From the NCBI GenBank assembly GCA_021809805.1, contig JAJZKA010000003.1, forward strand, positions 1-57,606: DNA of 57,606 bases, read 5' to 3'. Source of the DNA: Actinomycetes bacterium. GTDB lineage: Bacteria; Actinomycetota; Acidimicrobiia; Acidimicrobiales; Bog-793. Positions 35,699 to 45,055 of this stretch are shown here, piece by piece. The notes under the pieces were generated by a model. The model was not told the origin of the DNA. It made no database searches and saw only the letters and a program-made list of their open reading frames with translations. Every line of letters begins with the position of its first letter. Position 1 is the stretch's first letter. The position numbers and the translations under genes were made by a program.

Positions 35699-37183
35699 TC
35701 AGACGACCACGGTCTGTTCGCCGGCGAGCAAGGAGAGCGTCGCGCGCCACGCCCGCGTCTCGGAGGGCCGGGGGGCAAAGGTCGTCGTCGCCACCTGCTC
35801 GCGCACGAGGCGGCGCAGCTCGGCCCGATCGCCATGCAGCGCGCCAAGGGCGCGCGCTTGGACCAGCAGGTTGCCCGTCGCTGCCGCCTCGACCGGCCCG
35901 GCAACCACCGCAAGGCCCGTGGCATCGGCGGTGAGCTGCGCCAACACCTCGTTGCGCGCGCCGCCCCCAACCAGGTGAACCGTGGTGATCTCGCGGTCAG
36001 CGAGCCGGGCGGCGACACCGAGGTGGCGGGCATACGCGGCAGCGAGGCTGTCCAGCAGGCAGCGGGTGACCTCGGCGGGCGTCGTCGGCGCAGGCAGGTC
36101 GCGGCGCCGGCAGATCTGGGCGATCGCTCCGGGGACCCCGAGCGGTCCGAGCAGGTCGGCCTCATCGACGTCGATCACGGTGCGCCGCCCCTCACAGCGG
36201 GCTGCCTCGGCAAGCAGCGATTCGACGCCAATCGGCGCGTTCGCCTGGCGCGACCACTCGCGCAGGCACGCTTCGAGCAGGTAAAAGCCGGTCACGTTGC
36301 GCAAAAAGCGCACCGTGTCGTCGATGCCGCGCTCGTTGGTGAAATTCGCCGCCCGGCTCTCCTCGCTGCGCACCGGGGCCTCGAGCTCGAGGCCGACGAG
36401 CGACCAGGTGCCCGCCGAGATGTAGGCGAAGCGGTCGTCGCTCGCCGGGACGGCGACGACCGCCGAGGCAGTGTCGTGCGAGCAGACGGCCGTGACGCTC
36501 GTGGTGAGCTCGAGGCCGGTCTCTTGGGCGACCGCCTCGCTGAGGCCGCCGTGGGAGGTACCCGGGTCGACGAGCGCGGGAAACAGCGAGCGCGGCAGGC
36601 CGAGCTCGGCGATCAGCTCGCCATCCCACTCACCGTCCATGCCGAGCAGCTGGGTGGTCGAGGCGTTGGTCCGCTCGATGGCGGCATTGCCGCACAGCCA
36701 ATAAGACAGCAGGTCGGGGATCATCAGCATCGTCGCCGCCCGATCCAGTCGGCCGGAGCGCTTGGCCTCGACGAGCTGGAAGAGCGTATTGAACGCCTGG
36801 AGCTGGATCCCGCTTCGCCGATACAGCGCTTCGGCACCGAGCTCGCCGAGCACCTCGGCCATCACGGGTGCAAAGCGCGCGTCGCGATAGTGCAGAGGAT
36901 TGGCGACCAGAGCGCCCTCGGCATCGAGCATGCCGAAGTCCACGGCCCAGCTGTCGATCCCGATCGATGCCGGCCGCGCCATGGCTGCGGCGCGGCGCAA
37001 TCCGTCCAAGAAGTTGCGATAGATGCCGAGCACGTCCCAGTGCAGCGCGCCGAGCAGGCGGACGCCCCCGTTGGCGAAGCGCGACACCTCGGAGACCTCG
37101 AGGCGGTCGGGCCCGATCCGGCCGAGCACTACCCGGCCGCTCGTGGCGCCGAGGTCGAGCGCGACCGCCTCGATTTCTGCCAT
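35699..37183 (-). CDS. rhaB: Rhamnulokinase (FGGY carbohydrate kinase)
   Basis: MAEIEAVALDLGATSGRVVLG ... SIGIDSWAVDFG ... VHLVGGGARNEVL. I chose the ATG at 37183, 8 nt after the upstream stop. Confidence 0.85.
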   Translation of the reverse strand: MAEIEAVALDLGATSGRVVLGRIGPDRLEVSEVSRFANGGVRLLGALHWDVLGIYRNFLDGLRRAAAMARPASIGIDSWAVDFGMLDAEGALVANPLHYRDARFAPVMAEVLGELGAEALYRRSGIQLQAFNTLFQLVEAKRSGRLDRAATMLMIPDLLSYWLCGNAAIERTNASTTQLLGMDGEWDGELIAELGLPRSLFPALVDPGTSHGGLSEAVAQETGLELTTSVTAVCSHDTASAVVAVPASDDRFAYISAGTWSLVGLELEAPVRSEESRAANFTNERGIDDTVRFLRNVTGFYLLEACLREWSRQANAPIGVESLLAEAARCEGRRTVIDVDEADLLGPLGVPGAIAQICRRRDLPAPTTPAEVTRCLLDSLAAAYARHLGVAARLADREITTVHLVGGGARNEVLAQLTADATGLAVVAGPVEAAATGNLLVQARALGALHGDRAELRRLVREQVATTTFAPRPSETRAWRATLSLLAGEQTVVV

Positions 37184-37190
37184 CTGATCC

Positions 37191-39242
37191 TCAGCGCAAG
37201 AAGGCGGCGGCGACACCGCCGTCGACCGGCACGAACATCCCCGTGGTGCGCGAGAGGTCCGGGCCCACGAGCGCGTAGATCGCGGCGGCCACGTGCTCGG
37301 GCAGCACCTCGGCACCGAGCAGGGTCCGCTTGGCGTAGTACGCGCCGAGCTCCTCCTCGGGCACGCCGTAGACCGCAGCCCGCTGGGCACCCCACCCGCC
37401 GGCAAAGATGCCCGAGCCGCGGACCACCCCGTCCGGGTTCACGCCGTTCACCCGGATGCCGTGCGATCCGAGCTCGGCGGCGAGCAGGCGGACCTGGTGT
37501 GCCTGGTCGGCCTTGGCGGCGCCGTAGGCCAGGTTGTTCGGCCCGGCAAAGACGCCGTTCTTGCTGGCCACATAGACGATGTCACCACCGAGCTTCTGAC
37601 GCGCCATGACCGACGCGGCAGCCTTGGCGACGAGGAACGAGCCGCGAGCCATCACGTCGTGCTGCAGATCCCAGTCCGCGACCGTCGTCTCAAAGAGACT
37701 GCGCGACAGCGAGAGCCCGGCGTTGTTGACCACCAGGTCAACGCCGCCGAAGGCCAGCACGGCGTCGTTCATCGCGCGGGCGATCGCCTCCTCATCGGTG
37801 ACGTCCACCGCGACCGCGACCGACTGGTCGCGCGCTCCGATCTCTCCGGCGATGTGAAGAGCCGCCCTTTCGTCACGGTCGGCCACGACGACGCAAGCAC
37901 CCTCGGCTGCCAGCCGCTTTGCGGTAGCGGCGCCGATGCCCGAGCCACCACCAGTGACCAACGCGATCCGCCCGGCAAGGGGGCGGGGAGGGGGCATACG
38001 CCGCAGCTTGTCCTCCTCGAGCGCCCAGTACTCGATGCGGAACTTCTCAGACTCCGGGATCGGCTCATAGCGCGAGATCGCCTCGGCGCCGGCCATCACA
38101 TTGATGGCGTTGACGTAGAACTCCCCGGCGACCCGGGCGGTCTGCTTGTCCTTGCCGAAGCTGAACATCCCGACGCCTGGCACGAGCACAATCGCCGGGT
38201 CCGCACCGCGCATCGCCGGGCTGTCCTTTTCGGCATAGCGCTCGTAGTAGGCCCGGTACTCCTCGCGGTAGGCGGCATGGAGCTCCTCGAGCCGCTCGCG
38301 CACCTCCTCGAGCGGAGCGCGCGCCGGCAGGTCGAGCACCATCGGGCGGACCTTGGTCCGAAGGAAATGATCCGGACACGAGGTCCCACGCCGGGCGAGC
38401 TCGCCAAGGCGCTCTCTGGAGCAGAAGTCGAGGACGACGTCGGAGTCCTCGTAGTGGCCGAGCTGGCGGGAATCGGTGCTCGCCATCCCCCGCAGCAGGG
38501 GGAAGAGCTCGGCGGCCCGGGCGCGCCGCTCATCGTCCGGCAGCGCCTCGTAACCGGGCCGGACGGCGCCGAAGGGATCGGACCGGCCGTGCTCGTCGAT
38601 GTAGGCCTGCGCCGTGCGGATGATCTCGAGCGAGTTGGCCTCGCACTCGGCGCTCGTCTCACCCCAGGCGGTGATCCCGTGGCCACCGAGCACCACGCCG
38701 ATCGAGTTCGGGTGGCTCCGCTGCACCTCGGCGATGTCCAGCCCGAGCTGGAAGCCGGGACGCCGCCAAGGCACCCAGGCGACGCGTTCGCCAAAGCACG
38801 CCTTGGTCAGTGCCTCGCCGTCGGCCGACGTGGCGAGGGCGATGCCGGCATCGGGATGGAGGTGGTCGACGTGCGGGCACTCGACGAGCCCGTGCATCGC
38901 GGTGTCGATCGAGGGGGCCGCGCCCCCGCGTCCGAACAGACAGAAGTCGAACGCCGCCACCATCTCGTCCTCGCGCTCGGGACCGGGATAGACCGACACG
39001 AGGGAGCGCAGCCGGTCGAGCCGCAGCGCCGCCAGGCCCGCCGCGCTCAAGGTGCCGAGGTCGCCGCCGGAGCCCTTCACGTAGACGAGCTCGACGTCCT
39101 GGCCGTTGACCGGGTCGGTGACGGCGGTCTTCACCGACGTGTTGCCGCCCGCGTAGTTGGTATTGCGTCGATCTGCGCCAAGACGGTGCGAACGCTCGAG
39201 GAGCTCGCTGACCGCGCTCGGCGGGTTCTGCTCGATCGCCAC
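37191..39242 (-). CDS. rhaEW: Bifunctional rhamnulose-1-phosphate aldolase / short-chain dehydrogenase (RhaEW type)
   Basis: N-terminal class II aldolase/adducin-like domain (NYAGGNTSVK ... HLHPDAGIA). C-terminal SDR (VTGGGSGIGAATAKRL ... YGAAKA). The GTG at 39242 lies 1 nt after the rhaI stop. Confidence 0.85.
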   Translation of the reverse strand: MAIEQNPPSAVSELLERSHRLGADRRNTNYAGGNTSVKTAVTDPVNGQDVELVYVKGSGGDLGTLSAAGLAALRLDRLRSLVSVYPGPEREDEMVAAFDFCLFGRGGAAPSIDTAMHGLVECPHVDHLHPDAGIALATSADGEALTKACFGERVAWVPWRRPGFQLGLDIAEVQRSHPNSIGVVLGGHGITAWGETSAECEANSLEIIRTAQAYIDEHGRSDPFGAVRPGYEALPDDERRARAAELFPLLRGMASTDSRQLGHYEDSDVVLDFCSRERLGELARRGTSCPDHFLRTKVRPMVLDLPARAPLEEVRERLEELHAAYREEYRAYYERYAEKDSPAMRGADPAIVLVPGVGMFSFGKDKQTARVAGEFYVNAINVMAGAEAISRYEPIPESEKFRIEYWALEEDKLRRMPPPRPLAGRIALVTGGGSGIGAATAKRLAAEGACVVVADRDERAALHIAGEIGARDQSVAVAVDVTDEEAIARAMNDAVLAFGGVDLVVNNAGLSLSRSLFETTVADWDLQHDVMARGSFLVAKAAASVMARQKLGGDIVYVASKNGVFAGPNNLAYGAAKADQAHQVRLLAAELGSHGIRVNGVNPDGVVRGSGIFAGGWGAQRAAVYGVPEEELGAYYAKRTLLGAEVLPEHVAAAIYALVGPDLSRTTGMFVPVDGGVAAAFLR

Positions 39243-39243
39243 C

Positions 39244-40410
39244 TCAGGACCCCCAGCCCGTCGCGGTGCCACCCACGCGCGCCTTCGCGATCTGCTCGCC
39301 ATACCCGCTGCGCAGGTACGCGGCGAGCGGATCGGGCTCGAGCCCCATCTCTACGCGCAGCTCAGCGAGCATCGGACGCACGTCAGTGGAAAAAGCATCG
39401 ACGAAGATGCTGTTCGCGCCGAGCACGTCGCCGCTCGCCTGGGCTTCGGCCAGTGCCTCGCGGTCGACGAGCAGCGCCTTTGCCGTCGCCTCCTGCACAT
39501 TCATCACCGAGCGGACCTCTGCGGCGACCTTGTCCTCGATGTTGTGGCACTGGTCCAACATGAAGGCAATGCCCCCGCGCGGGGTCACCGCGTCGGCGCG
39601 GACCATCTCGAACATGATCCGGAACAGCTGATAGGGATCCGCCGCGCCGACCAGCAGATCGTCATCGGCGTAAAAGCGGCTGTTGAAGTGGAAGCCGCCG
39701 AGCTTTCCGACGCGCATCAGCGAGGCCACGATGAACTCGATATTGGTCCCTGGTGCGTGGTGGCCCGTGTCGACGAGGACCTTCGCCCGATCGCCGAGCG
39801 CGAGACAGTGCAGCAGCGAGGTCCCCCAGTCCGGCACGTCCATGGTGTAGAAGGACGGCTCGAACAGCTTGTACTCGAGCAGCATCTCGACGCCGGCGGA
39901 CAAGGCGCCGTAGACCTCGGCGAGCGCCTCGGCCAGGCGGTCCTGGCGGGCACGGATGTCGTCCTGACCGGGGTAGTTGGTCCCGTCCGCGAACCACAAG
40001 CTCACTGCTGGCGAGCCCGTGACCTGCGCGATCTCGACGCACTCGAGCAGGTGGTCGGTCGCCTTGCGGCGGACGGCCGGGTCGGGGTTGCAGACGCTGC
40101 CAAGGCGGTACTCATCTTCTTGGAACACGTTGGGGTTGATCGCGCCGATCCGCACCCCGTGCTCGGACGCGTGCTTGCCGAGCGCGACGTAGTCGTCGAC
40201 GCGATCCCAGGGGATGTGCAGTGCCACCGACGGGGCGACGCCCGTCAACCGGTGCACCATCGCGGCGTCCTCGATCTTCTCGAAGGCGTTGCGGGCAGCT
40301 CCGGGGTGGGCGAAGACCTTAAAGCGCGTGCCCGTGTTGCCATAGGCCCACGAAGGGGTCTCGATCTGCTGTTGGCGGAGGACGGCCTTGGCCGTCGCGA
40401 TGTCGCTCAT
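39244..40410 (-). CDS. rhaI: L-rhamnose isomerase (actinobacterial xylose-isomerase-like TIM-barrel type)
   Basis: IETPSWAYGNTGTRFKVF, HIPWD and VDTGHHAPGTNIEFIV, in the rha operon context. Confidence 0.9.
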   Translation of the reverse strand: MSDIATAKAVLRQQQIETPSWAYGNTGTRFKVFAHPGAARNAFEKIEDAAMVHRLTGVAPSVALHIPWDRVDDYVALGKHASEHGVRIGAINPNVFQEDEYRLGSVCNPDPAVRRKATDHLLECVEIAQVTGSPAVSLWFADGTNYPGQDDIRARQDRLAEALAEVYGALSAGVEMLLEYKLFEPSFYTMDVPDWGTSLLHCLALGDRAKVLVDTGHHAPGTNIEFIVASLMRVGKLGGFHFNSRFYADDDLLVGAADPYQLFRIMFEMVRADAVTPRGGIAFMLDQCHNIEDKVAAEVRSVMNVQEATAKALLVDREALAEAQASGDVLGANSIFVDAFSTDVRPMLAELRVEMGLEPDPLAAYLRSGYGEQIAKARVGGTATGWGS

Positions 40411-40456
40411 GATGTTCTTCCTCGTCGATTAGGCGCTTGGTCAGCGGCATTGGCGG

Positions 40457-40777
40457 TCACGGCAGGTGGAAGACCTCCTCGATCGGCTGCATCGCCTGAT
40501 CGGGATCAGCGCCCTCGAGCGCCTCGAACAGCTCGGCGACGCTTGCCTGCCACCTGGCGTTCACCTCTGTAGCGGCCATCTCGGCTTTGGCGCGCGCGAA
40601 GTCCTCGCACTCGACGTAGCCGATCAGTGTTCCGTCTGGCTTGAGGAACAGCGAATAGTTGTGCCAGCCGGCCGCGCGCAAGGCCTCGGCCATCTCGGGC
40701 CACACGGCGCGATGGCGTTGGCGGTACTCCAGAACACCGTCCTGGCGGACTTTCAGCTCGAAGCACACTCGCTGCAT
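40457..40777 (-). CDS. rhaM: L-rhamnose mutarotase
   Basis: 106 aa. MQRVCFELKVRQDGVLEYRQRHRAVWPEMAEALRAAGWHNYSLF is the typical RhaM/RhaU signature. Confidence 0.9.
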   Translation of the reverse strand: MQRVCFELKVRQDGVLEYRQRHRAVWPEMAEALRAAGWHNYSLFLKPDGTLIGYVECEDFARAKAEMAATEVNARWQASVAELFEALEGADPDQAMQPIEEVFHLP

Positions 40778-41127
40778 TTGCCACCTTTGCGGGGGTCATG
40801 GGGAGGGCCGACGGCCCTCCCCAATCCCCGGGGGGAACTACCGCTGGACTCGTTGCACGACCCGACCTCGGAGCAGCAAGGGGAACGCACGAACCGGCCG
40901 CCCCCCGGCTCGAAGCTCGGGCACCTCGGATTGGCCCGTGCCGACAACCGGGCACTCCGCCTCGATGCGGAGGGCACGCCCACCAGAACTGAACCGTTCC
41001 AATCTCGCACGCTAATGACCCCTGCGAGCGCCGTCAAGCAGCACGTCGAGCACCGGCGTGCGATTGCGCCAACGCAGCTTGCTCAATAGGGTTGCCGTGT
41101 TCTCCTCGGCGCCAGCGGAGGTCCTGC

Positions 41128-41874
41128 GTGCAGATCGCGCTCTTTGTCACCTGCCTGACCGATGCCCTCTCCCCCTCGGCCGGCAAGGCCGTGGTCGAGG
41201 TGCTCGAGCGGCTGGGGCACGAGGTCGTCTTTCCCGAGGCGCAGACCTGCTGTGGCCAGATGCACCTGAACAGCGGCTATCGCCGCGAGGCCCACGCGCT
41301 CGCCCGGCGCTTTGTCGCCGTCTTCTCCCGCTTCGATGCCATCGTGACCCCCTCGGCGTCGTGCGCGGGCACCGTGCTCGAGGGGTACCGCAATCTCGCC
41401 GAGGATCTTGCCGATGGCGAGCTCGCCGCGGGCGTCGAGCACCTCGGCGCCACCTTGTATGAGTTCAGCCAGCTGCTCGTGGACGTGCTCCGCGTGACCG
41501 ATGTCGGCGCAGCCTTCCCGCACCGCGTCGCCTATCACCCGAGCTGCCACTCCCTGCGGGTCCTTCACCTTCGCGATCAACCGCTCCAGCTGCTCGCGAA
41601 CGTCGCCGGTCTCGAGCTCGTCGAACACGCCGATCGCGAGAGCTGCTGCGGTTTCGGCGGCACGTTCTCGATGAAGAACGCCGCAACTTCGACGGCGATG
41701 ATGCAGGACAAGCTCCAGGCCGTCACCGAGGCAGGGGCTGAGGTCCTCTGCTCGGTCGACAGCTCCTGTCTCACCCACCTTGGCGGCGGCGCGTCCCGCG
41801 AGCGACTGCCCCTTCGCACCATGCACCTCGCGGAGATCCTCGCTAAGTCCCGCGGATCGGCGCCGGTGCACTGA
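41128..41874 (+). CDS. lutA: Lactate utilization protein A (CCG-domain Fe-S oxidoreductase)
   Basis: VQIALFVTCLTD ... EAQTCCGQM ... SCCGFGGTF. The GTG at 41128 is preceded by GGAGG. Confidence 0.85.
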   Translation: MQIALFVTCLTDALSPSAGKAVVEVLERLGHEVVFPEAQTCCGQMHLNSGYRREAHALARRFVAVFSRFDAIVTPSASCAGTVLEGYRNLAEDLADGELAAGVEHLGATLYEFSQLLVDVLRVTDVGAAFPHRVAYHPSCHSLRVLHLRDQPLQLLANVAGLELVEHADRESCCGFGGTFSMKNAATSTAMMQDKLQAVTEAGAEVLCSVDSSCLTHLGGGASRERLPLRTMHLAEILAKSRGSAPVH

Positions 41875-41875
41875 G

Positions 41876-44029
41876 ATGGCACGGAGCTTTCGCGACGCTG
41901 CCCCTTTCCCCAAGGCCGCGCCCGTCTTTCTCGCCAACCCGCAGCTGCGCGCCAACCTGCGCGGCGCCACCACCACGATCCGCACCAAACGCGACCGCCT
42001 CGTGGCCGAGCTTGCCGACTTCGAATCGATGCGCCAGCAGGCCGAAGCGATCAAGAACGACGCGCTCGGTCGCCTCGGCGATCTGCTCGCCGAGCTCGAG
42101 ACGAACGTGCAGGCGGCGGGTGGCACCGTGCACTTCGCCCGAGACGCCGCCGAGGCGCGCGAGATCATCGTCGCCCTCGTCGCCGCGCAGGGAGTCGACG
42201 AGGTCGTCAAGGTCAAGTCGATGACCACCGCCGAGATCGAGCTGAACGGCGCGCTCGAGGCCGCCGGCATCACCCCGGTCGAGACCGATCTCGCGGAGCT
42301 GATTGTTCAGCTCGGCGACGACCTGCCCAGCCACATCGTCGTCCCGGCAATCCACCGCAACCGCCGTGAGATCCGCGACCTGTTCCTCGCACGCATGGGC
42401 GAGCACGGGCTCGCGGCCCCCGACGGGCTCACCGATTCACCAAGCGAGCTGGCCGCGGCGGCGCGAGCACACCTCCGGGACCGGTTCTTGCGGGCCAAGG
42501 TCGCAATCTCGGGTGCCAACTTCATGGTGGCCGAGTCGGGGACCCTCGCCATCGTCGAGTCCGAAGGCAACGGCCGCATGTGCCTGACCTTGCCCGAGAC
42601 GCTCATCTCGCTCGTCGGGATCGAGAAAGTGCTGCCAACCAACGCCGATCTCGGCGTCTTCTTGCGCCTCCTCGCCCGCTCGGCCACCGGCGAGCGAATG
42701 AACCCGTACACGTCGCTATTCAGCGGAGTCCATCCCGGTGACGGCCCGCAAGCATTCCATCTCGTCCTGCTCGACAATGGGCGCTCGACCACGCTCGCCG
42801 ACCCGGTTGGCCGCCAGGCACTTCGCTGCATCCGCTGTGCGGCCTGCCTCAACGTCTGCCCGGTCTACGAACGCGTTGGCGGCCACGCCTACGGTTCGGT
42901 CTACCCCGGCCCGATCGGCGCCGTCCTTGCTCCTCAGCTCGACCACGTCGTGAGCGACCCGGTCTCCGCCGCCCTGCCCTTTGCCTCAACGCTGTGCGGC
43001 GCGTGCTACGCCGTCTGCCCGGTGCGGATCGACATCCCGCGCCTGTTGGTGCACCTGAGAGCCCGCGTCGTCGAACACAACCAGGAAACAGGGCCGCATC
43101 TTGAGGCGGCGGCGATGGCCGCCGCCATGGTGGTCCTCGCGTCGCCACGAAGGCTGGCACTCGCCGAGCGGCTCTTCAGCGCACTTCCTGGCGGGGCACT
43201 CCGCCGCCTCGCGCCACGGCTCCCGGGCGCACTCGGCGCGTGGGCCATTGCTCGAGACCTCCCGCCAGCACCCGCCGCGTCCTTTCGGTCTTGGTGGTCG
43301 CACCACCGCGGCTCGCAACCCGCTGCCGCGTCACAGCTTCGGCCGACCGCAGTCCTCGGGCTGCTCGGCGCCCGCCTCAGCCGACCGCGGCGCGCGACGA
43401 GCGTGCCGCCGACCGAGCGCTCGGGCGACGCGCGCCACAAGATCCTCAACGATCTCGCGACGCTGCGCCGTTCCGCTCCGGTGTCGAGCGGCGTCCCAGC
43501 ACCGCTCCCCCAACCGGCACGCTCGGCACTGGAGACCTTCCTCGAGCGGGTCGCCGCCTACGACGCTTCGGTGACAAGGGTCGGCCCTGGCGAGGTCGCT
43601 CCTGCGGTTCAAGCCGCACTCGCCCGCTCGGGCGCGCGCCGCGTCCTGGTGCCGCCCGGGCTCCAGGCGGCCTGGTTGCCGACGGCAGGACCCACGTGCG
43701 AGCAGGACCCTGGCGAGCCCGCCGCGATGCTCGAGCGCTACGACGCGGCAATCACCGCGTGTGCCGTGGCAATCGCAGAGTCCGGGACGGTCGTCCTTGA
43801 TGGAACAAGCGGCCAGGGCAGGCGAGCGCTGTCATTGCTGCCCGACCACCTCATCGTGGTCGTGAGTGCCGACCAAGTGGTCGACGACGTCGATCAGGCG
43901 CTCGCACGATTGCGTCCGGGCACCCCCCAGACCTGGATCTCCGGGCCCTCGGCCACGAGTGACATCGAGCTGCAGCGCGTGCAGGGCGTGCACGGGCCAC
44001 GTCGTCTCGACGTCATCGCGATCGCGTAG
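41876..44029 (+). CDS. lutBC: LutB-LutC fusion (4Fe-4S lactate utilization protein B joined to the LUD-domain protein C)
   Basis: LutB region: CIRCAACLNVCPVY ... CGACYAVCPVRIDIP. C-terminal LUD/LutC-like region: ITACAVAIAESGTVVLDG ... LPDHLIVVV ... ISGPSATSDIE. The ATG at 41876 lies 1 nt after the lutA stop. It is a single ORF. Confidence 0.8.
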   Translation: MARSFRDAAPFPKAAPVFLANPQLRANLRGATTTIRTKRDRLVAELADFESMRQQAEAIKNDALGRLGDLLAELETNVQAAGGTVHFARDAAEAREIIVALVAAQGVDEVVKVKSMTTAEIELNGALEAAGITPVETDLAELIVQLGDDLPSHIVVPAIHRNRREIRDLFLARMGEHGLAAPDGLTDSPSELAAAARAHLRDRFLRAKVAISGANFMVAESGTLAIVESEGNGRMCLTLPETLISLVGIEKVLPTNADLGVFLRLLARSATGERMNPYTSLFSGVHPGDGPQAFHLVLLDNGRSTTLADPVGRQALRCIRCAACLNVCPVYERVGGHAYGSVYPGPIGAVLAPQLDHVVSDPVSAALPFASTLCGACYAVCPVRIDIPRLLVHLRARVVEHNQETGPHLEAAAMAAAMVVLASPRRLALAERLFSALPGGALRRLAPRLPGALGAWAIARDLPPAPAASFRSWWSHHRGSQPAAASQLRPTAVLGLLGARLSRPRRATSVPPTERSGDARHKILNDLATLRRSAPVSSGVPAPLPQPARSALETFLERVAAYDASVTRVGPGEVAPAVQAALARSGARRVLVPPGLQAAWLPTAGPTCEQDPGEPAAMLERYDAAITACAVAIAESGTVVLDGTSGQGRRALSLLPDHLIVVVSADQVVDDVDQALARLRPGTPQTWISGPSATSDIELQRVQGVHGPRRLDVIAIA

Positions 44030-44049
44030 GGATCTGGGAGCCGCCCTGG

Positions 44050-44979
44050 CTACACCAGCCGCACCGGAAGGTCAATGGTCTGCATGTGGCGGTGCAGGTG
44101 CTCAAGCAGGCGCAGGTCATGCGCGCTCAGGCCGACGTTCGTCACCCGGCAGACCGGCAGAATCGGCAGCCCGCGCTGTCGGGCGAGGAAGTGCTTCGCA
44201 GATGCGGGATAAAGCGGCGAGCTGACCACCGCATCGGCAACGCTCAGGCCGAGTTGCACCTCCTCCGCCCGCTCATCGCCTGCCACGCCCGCATCACAGA
44301 GCCACTGCACGAGCTCGGGGTAGTAATTGCCCGCATTGCCGGAGAACCCGCGGGCACCGAGGCGCAGACTCTCGAGCAGCGAGGACATCTCCGCGTTGTA
44401 GATGCCAAGAGGACTGTTCTCGGTTGCCGCCGCCTTCGCGCCGACTGCAGAGGGTTGCTCGCTCGTGTCTTTATAGAAGCTGAACGCGCCCGTTTTTGCC
44501 AACTCCGCGACGAGCTCAGGAGAAAGCAGGCGCTTGTAGGGAAGCGGACACTCATACAGCCCGAGCGCAACATCCCTGGCCGCCTCGGCCAGCGCGACGA
44601 GACGATCCCCGAGGACGGCATCGCTCTCACCCAATCCAGCAATCTGCGAGGTCACCGCCACGACCGCGGCCACCCCGGTCGTCGCCATCTCATGCACGCT
44701 GGCAAGCTGCTCGGCGAAGTCGCGTCCAAAGCTCCCGCACGCGACCACCGGCACCCGGCCGGCAACCCGCTGGACAACCCGCTCGGCGAGCGCCCGGCGC
44801 TCTTGTGCGCTGAGGGCATACATCTCGCTCGTCTGCGCCACGGCAAACAGCCCGCCGACGCCCGCAGCGAGATACCACTCGATCAGCGCATCAAGCGCCG
44901 TCCAGTCGATCGACCGGTCCTCGAGAAACGGTGTCACCATCACCGGCCAGGCACCACCTGGCAACCGCTCAGCCTGCAT
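44050..44979 (-). CDS. Dihydrodipicolinate synthase / N-acetylneuraminate lyase family class I aldolase (substrate not assignable)
   Basis: VMVTPFLEDRSIDWTALDALIEWYLAAGVGGLFAVAQTSEM, and FSFYKDTS giving the Schiff-base Lys context. It sits downstream of TRAP genes. Confidence 0.85.
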   Translation of the reverse strand: MQAERLPGGAWPVMVTPFLEDRSIDWTALDALIEWYLAAGVGGLFAVAQTSEMYALSAQERRALAERVVQRVAGRVPVVACGSFGRDFAEQLASVHEMATTGVAAVVAVTSQIAGLGESDAVLGDRLVALAEAARDVALGLYECPLPYKRLLSPELVAELAKTGAFSFYKDTSEQPSAVGAKAAATENSPLGIYNAEMSSLLESLRLGARGFSGNAGNYYPELVQWLCDAGVAGDERAEEVQLGLSVADAVVSSPLYPASAKHFLARQRGLPILPVCRVTNVGLSAHDLRLLEHLHRHMQTIDLPVRLV

Positions 44980-45055
44980 CTCCTCGCTCGCTCCTTGCTC
45001 GTCGCCGTCTCAGATCCACCAGCCGACACCGTCGGCTCCACAAGCTGCCCGTTTC

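Noticed and set aside
37293-39563. 756-aa plus-strand ORF (the longest unexplained ORF in the track). Similar ORFs occur at 35834-37609, 39157-40572, 30189-31793, 31974-33830, 45068-46369 and 51087-52247
   Set aside because: All lie exactly antisense to genes with strong family signatures (RhaEW, RhaB, RhaI, ABC exporter, DctM, GH78). All have extreme Arg/Gly/Asp/His content. I interpret them as frame-shadow ORFs.
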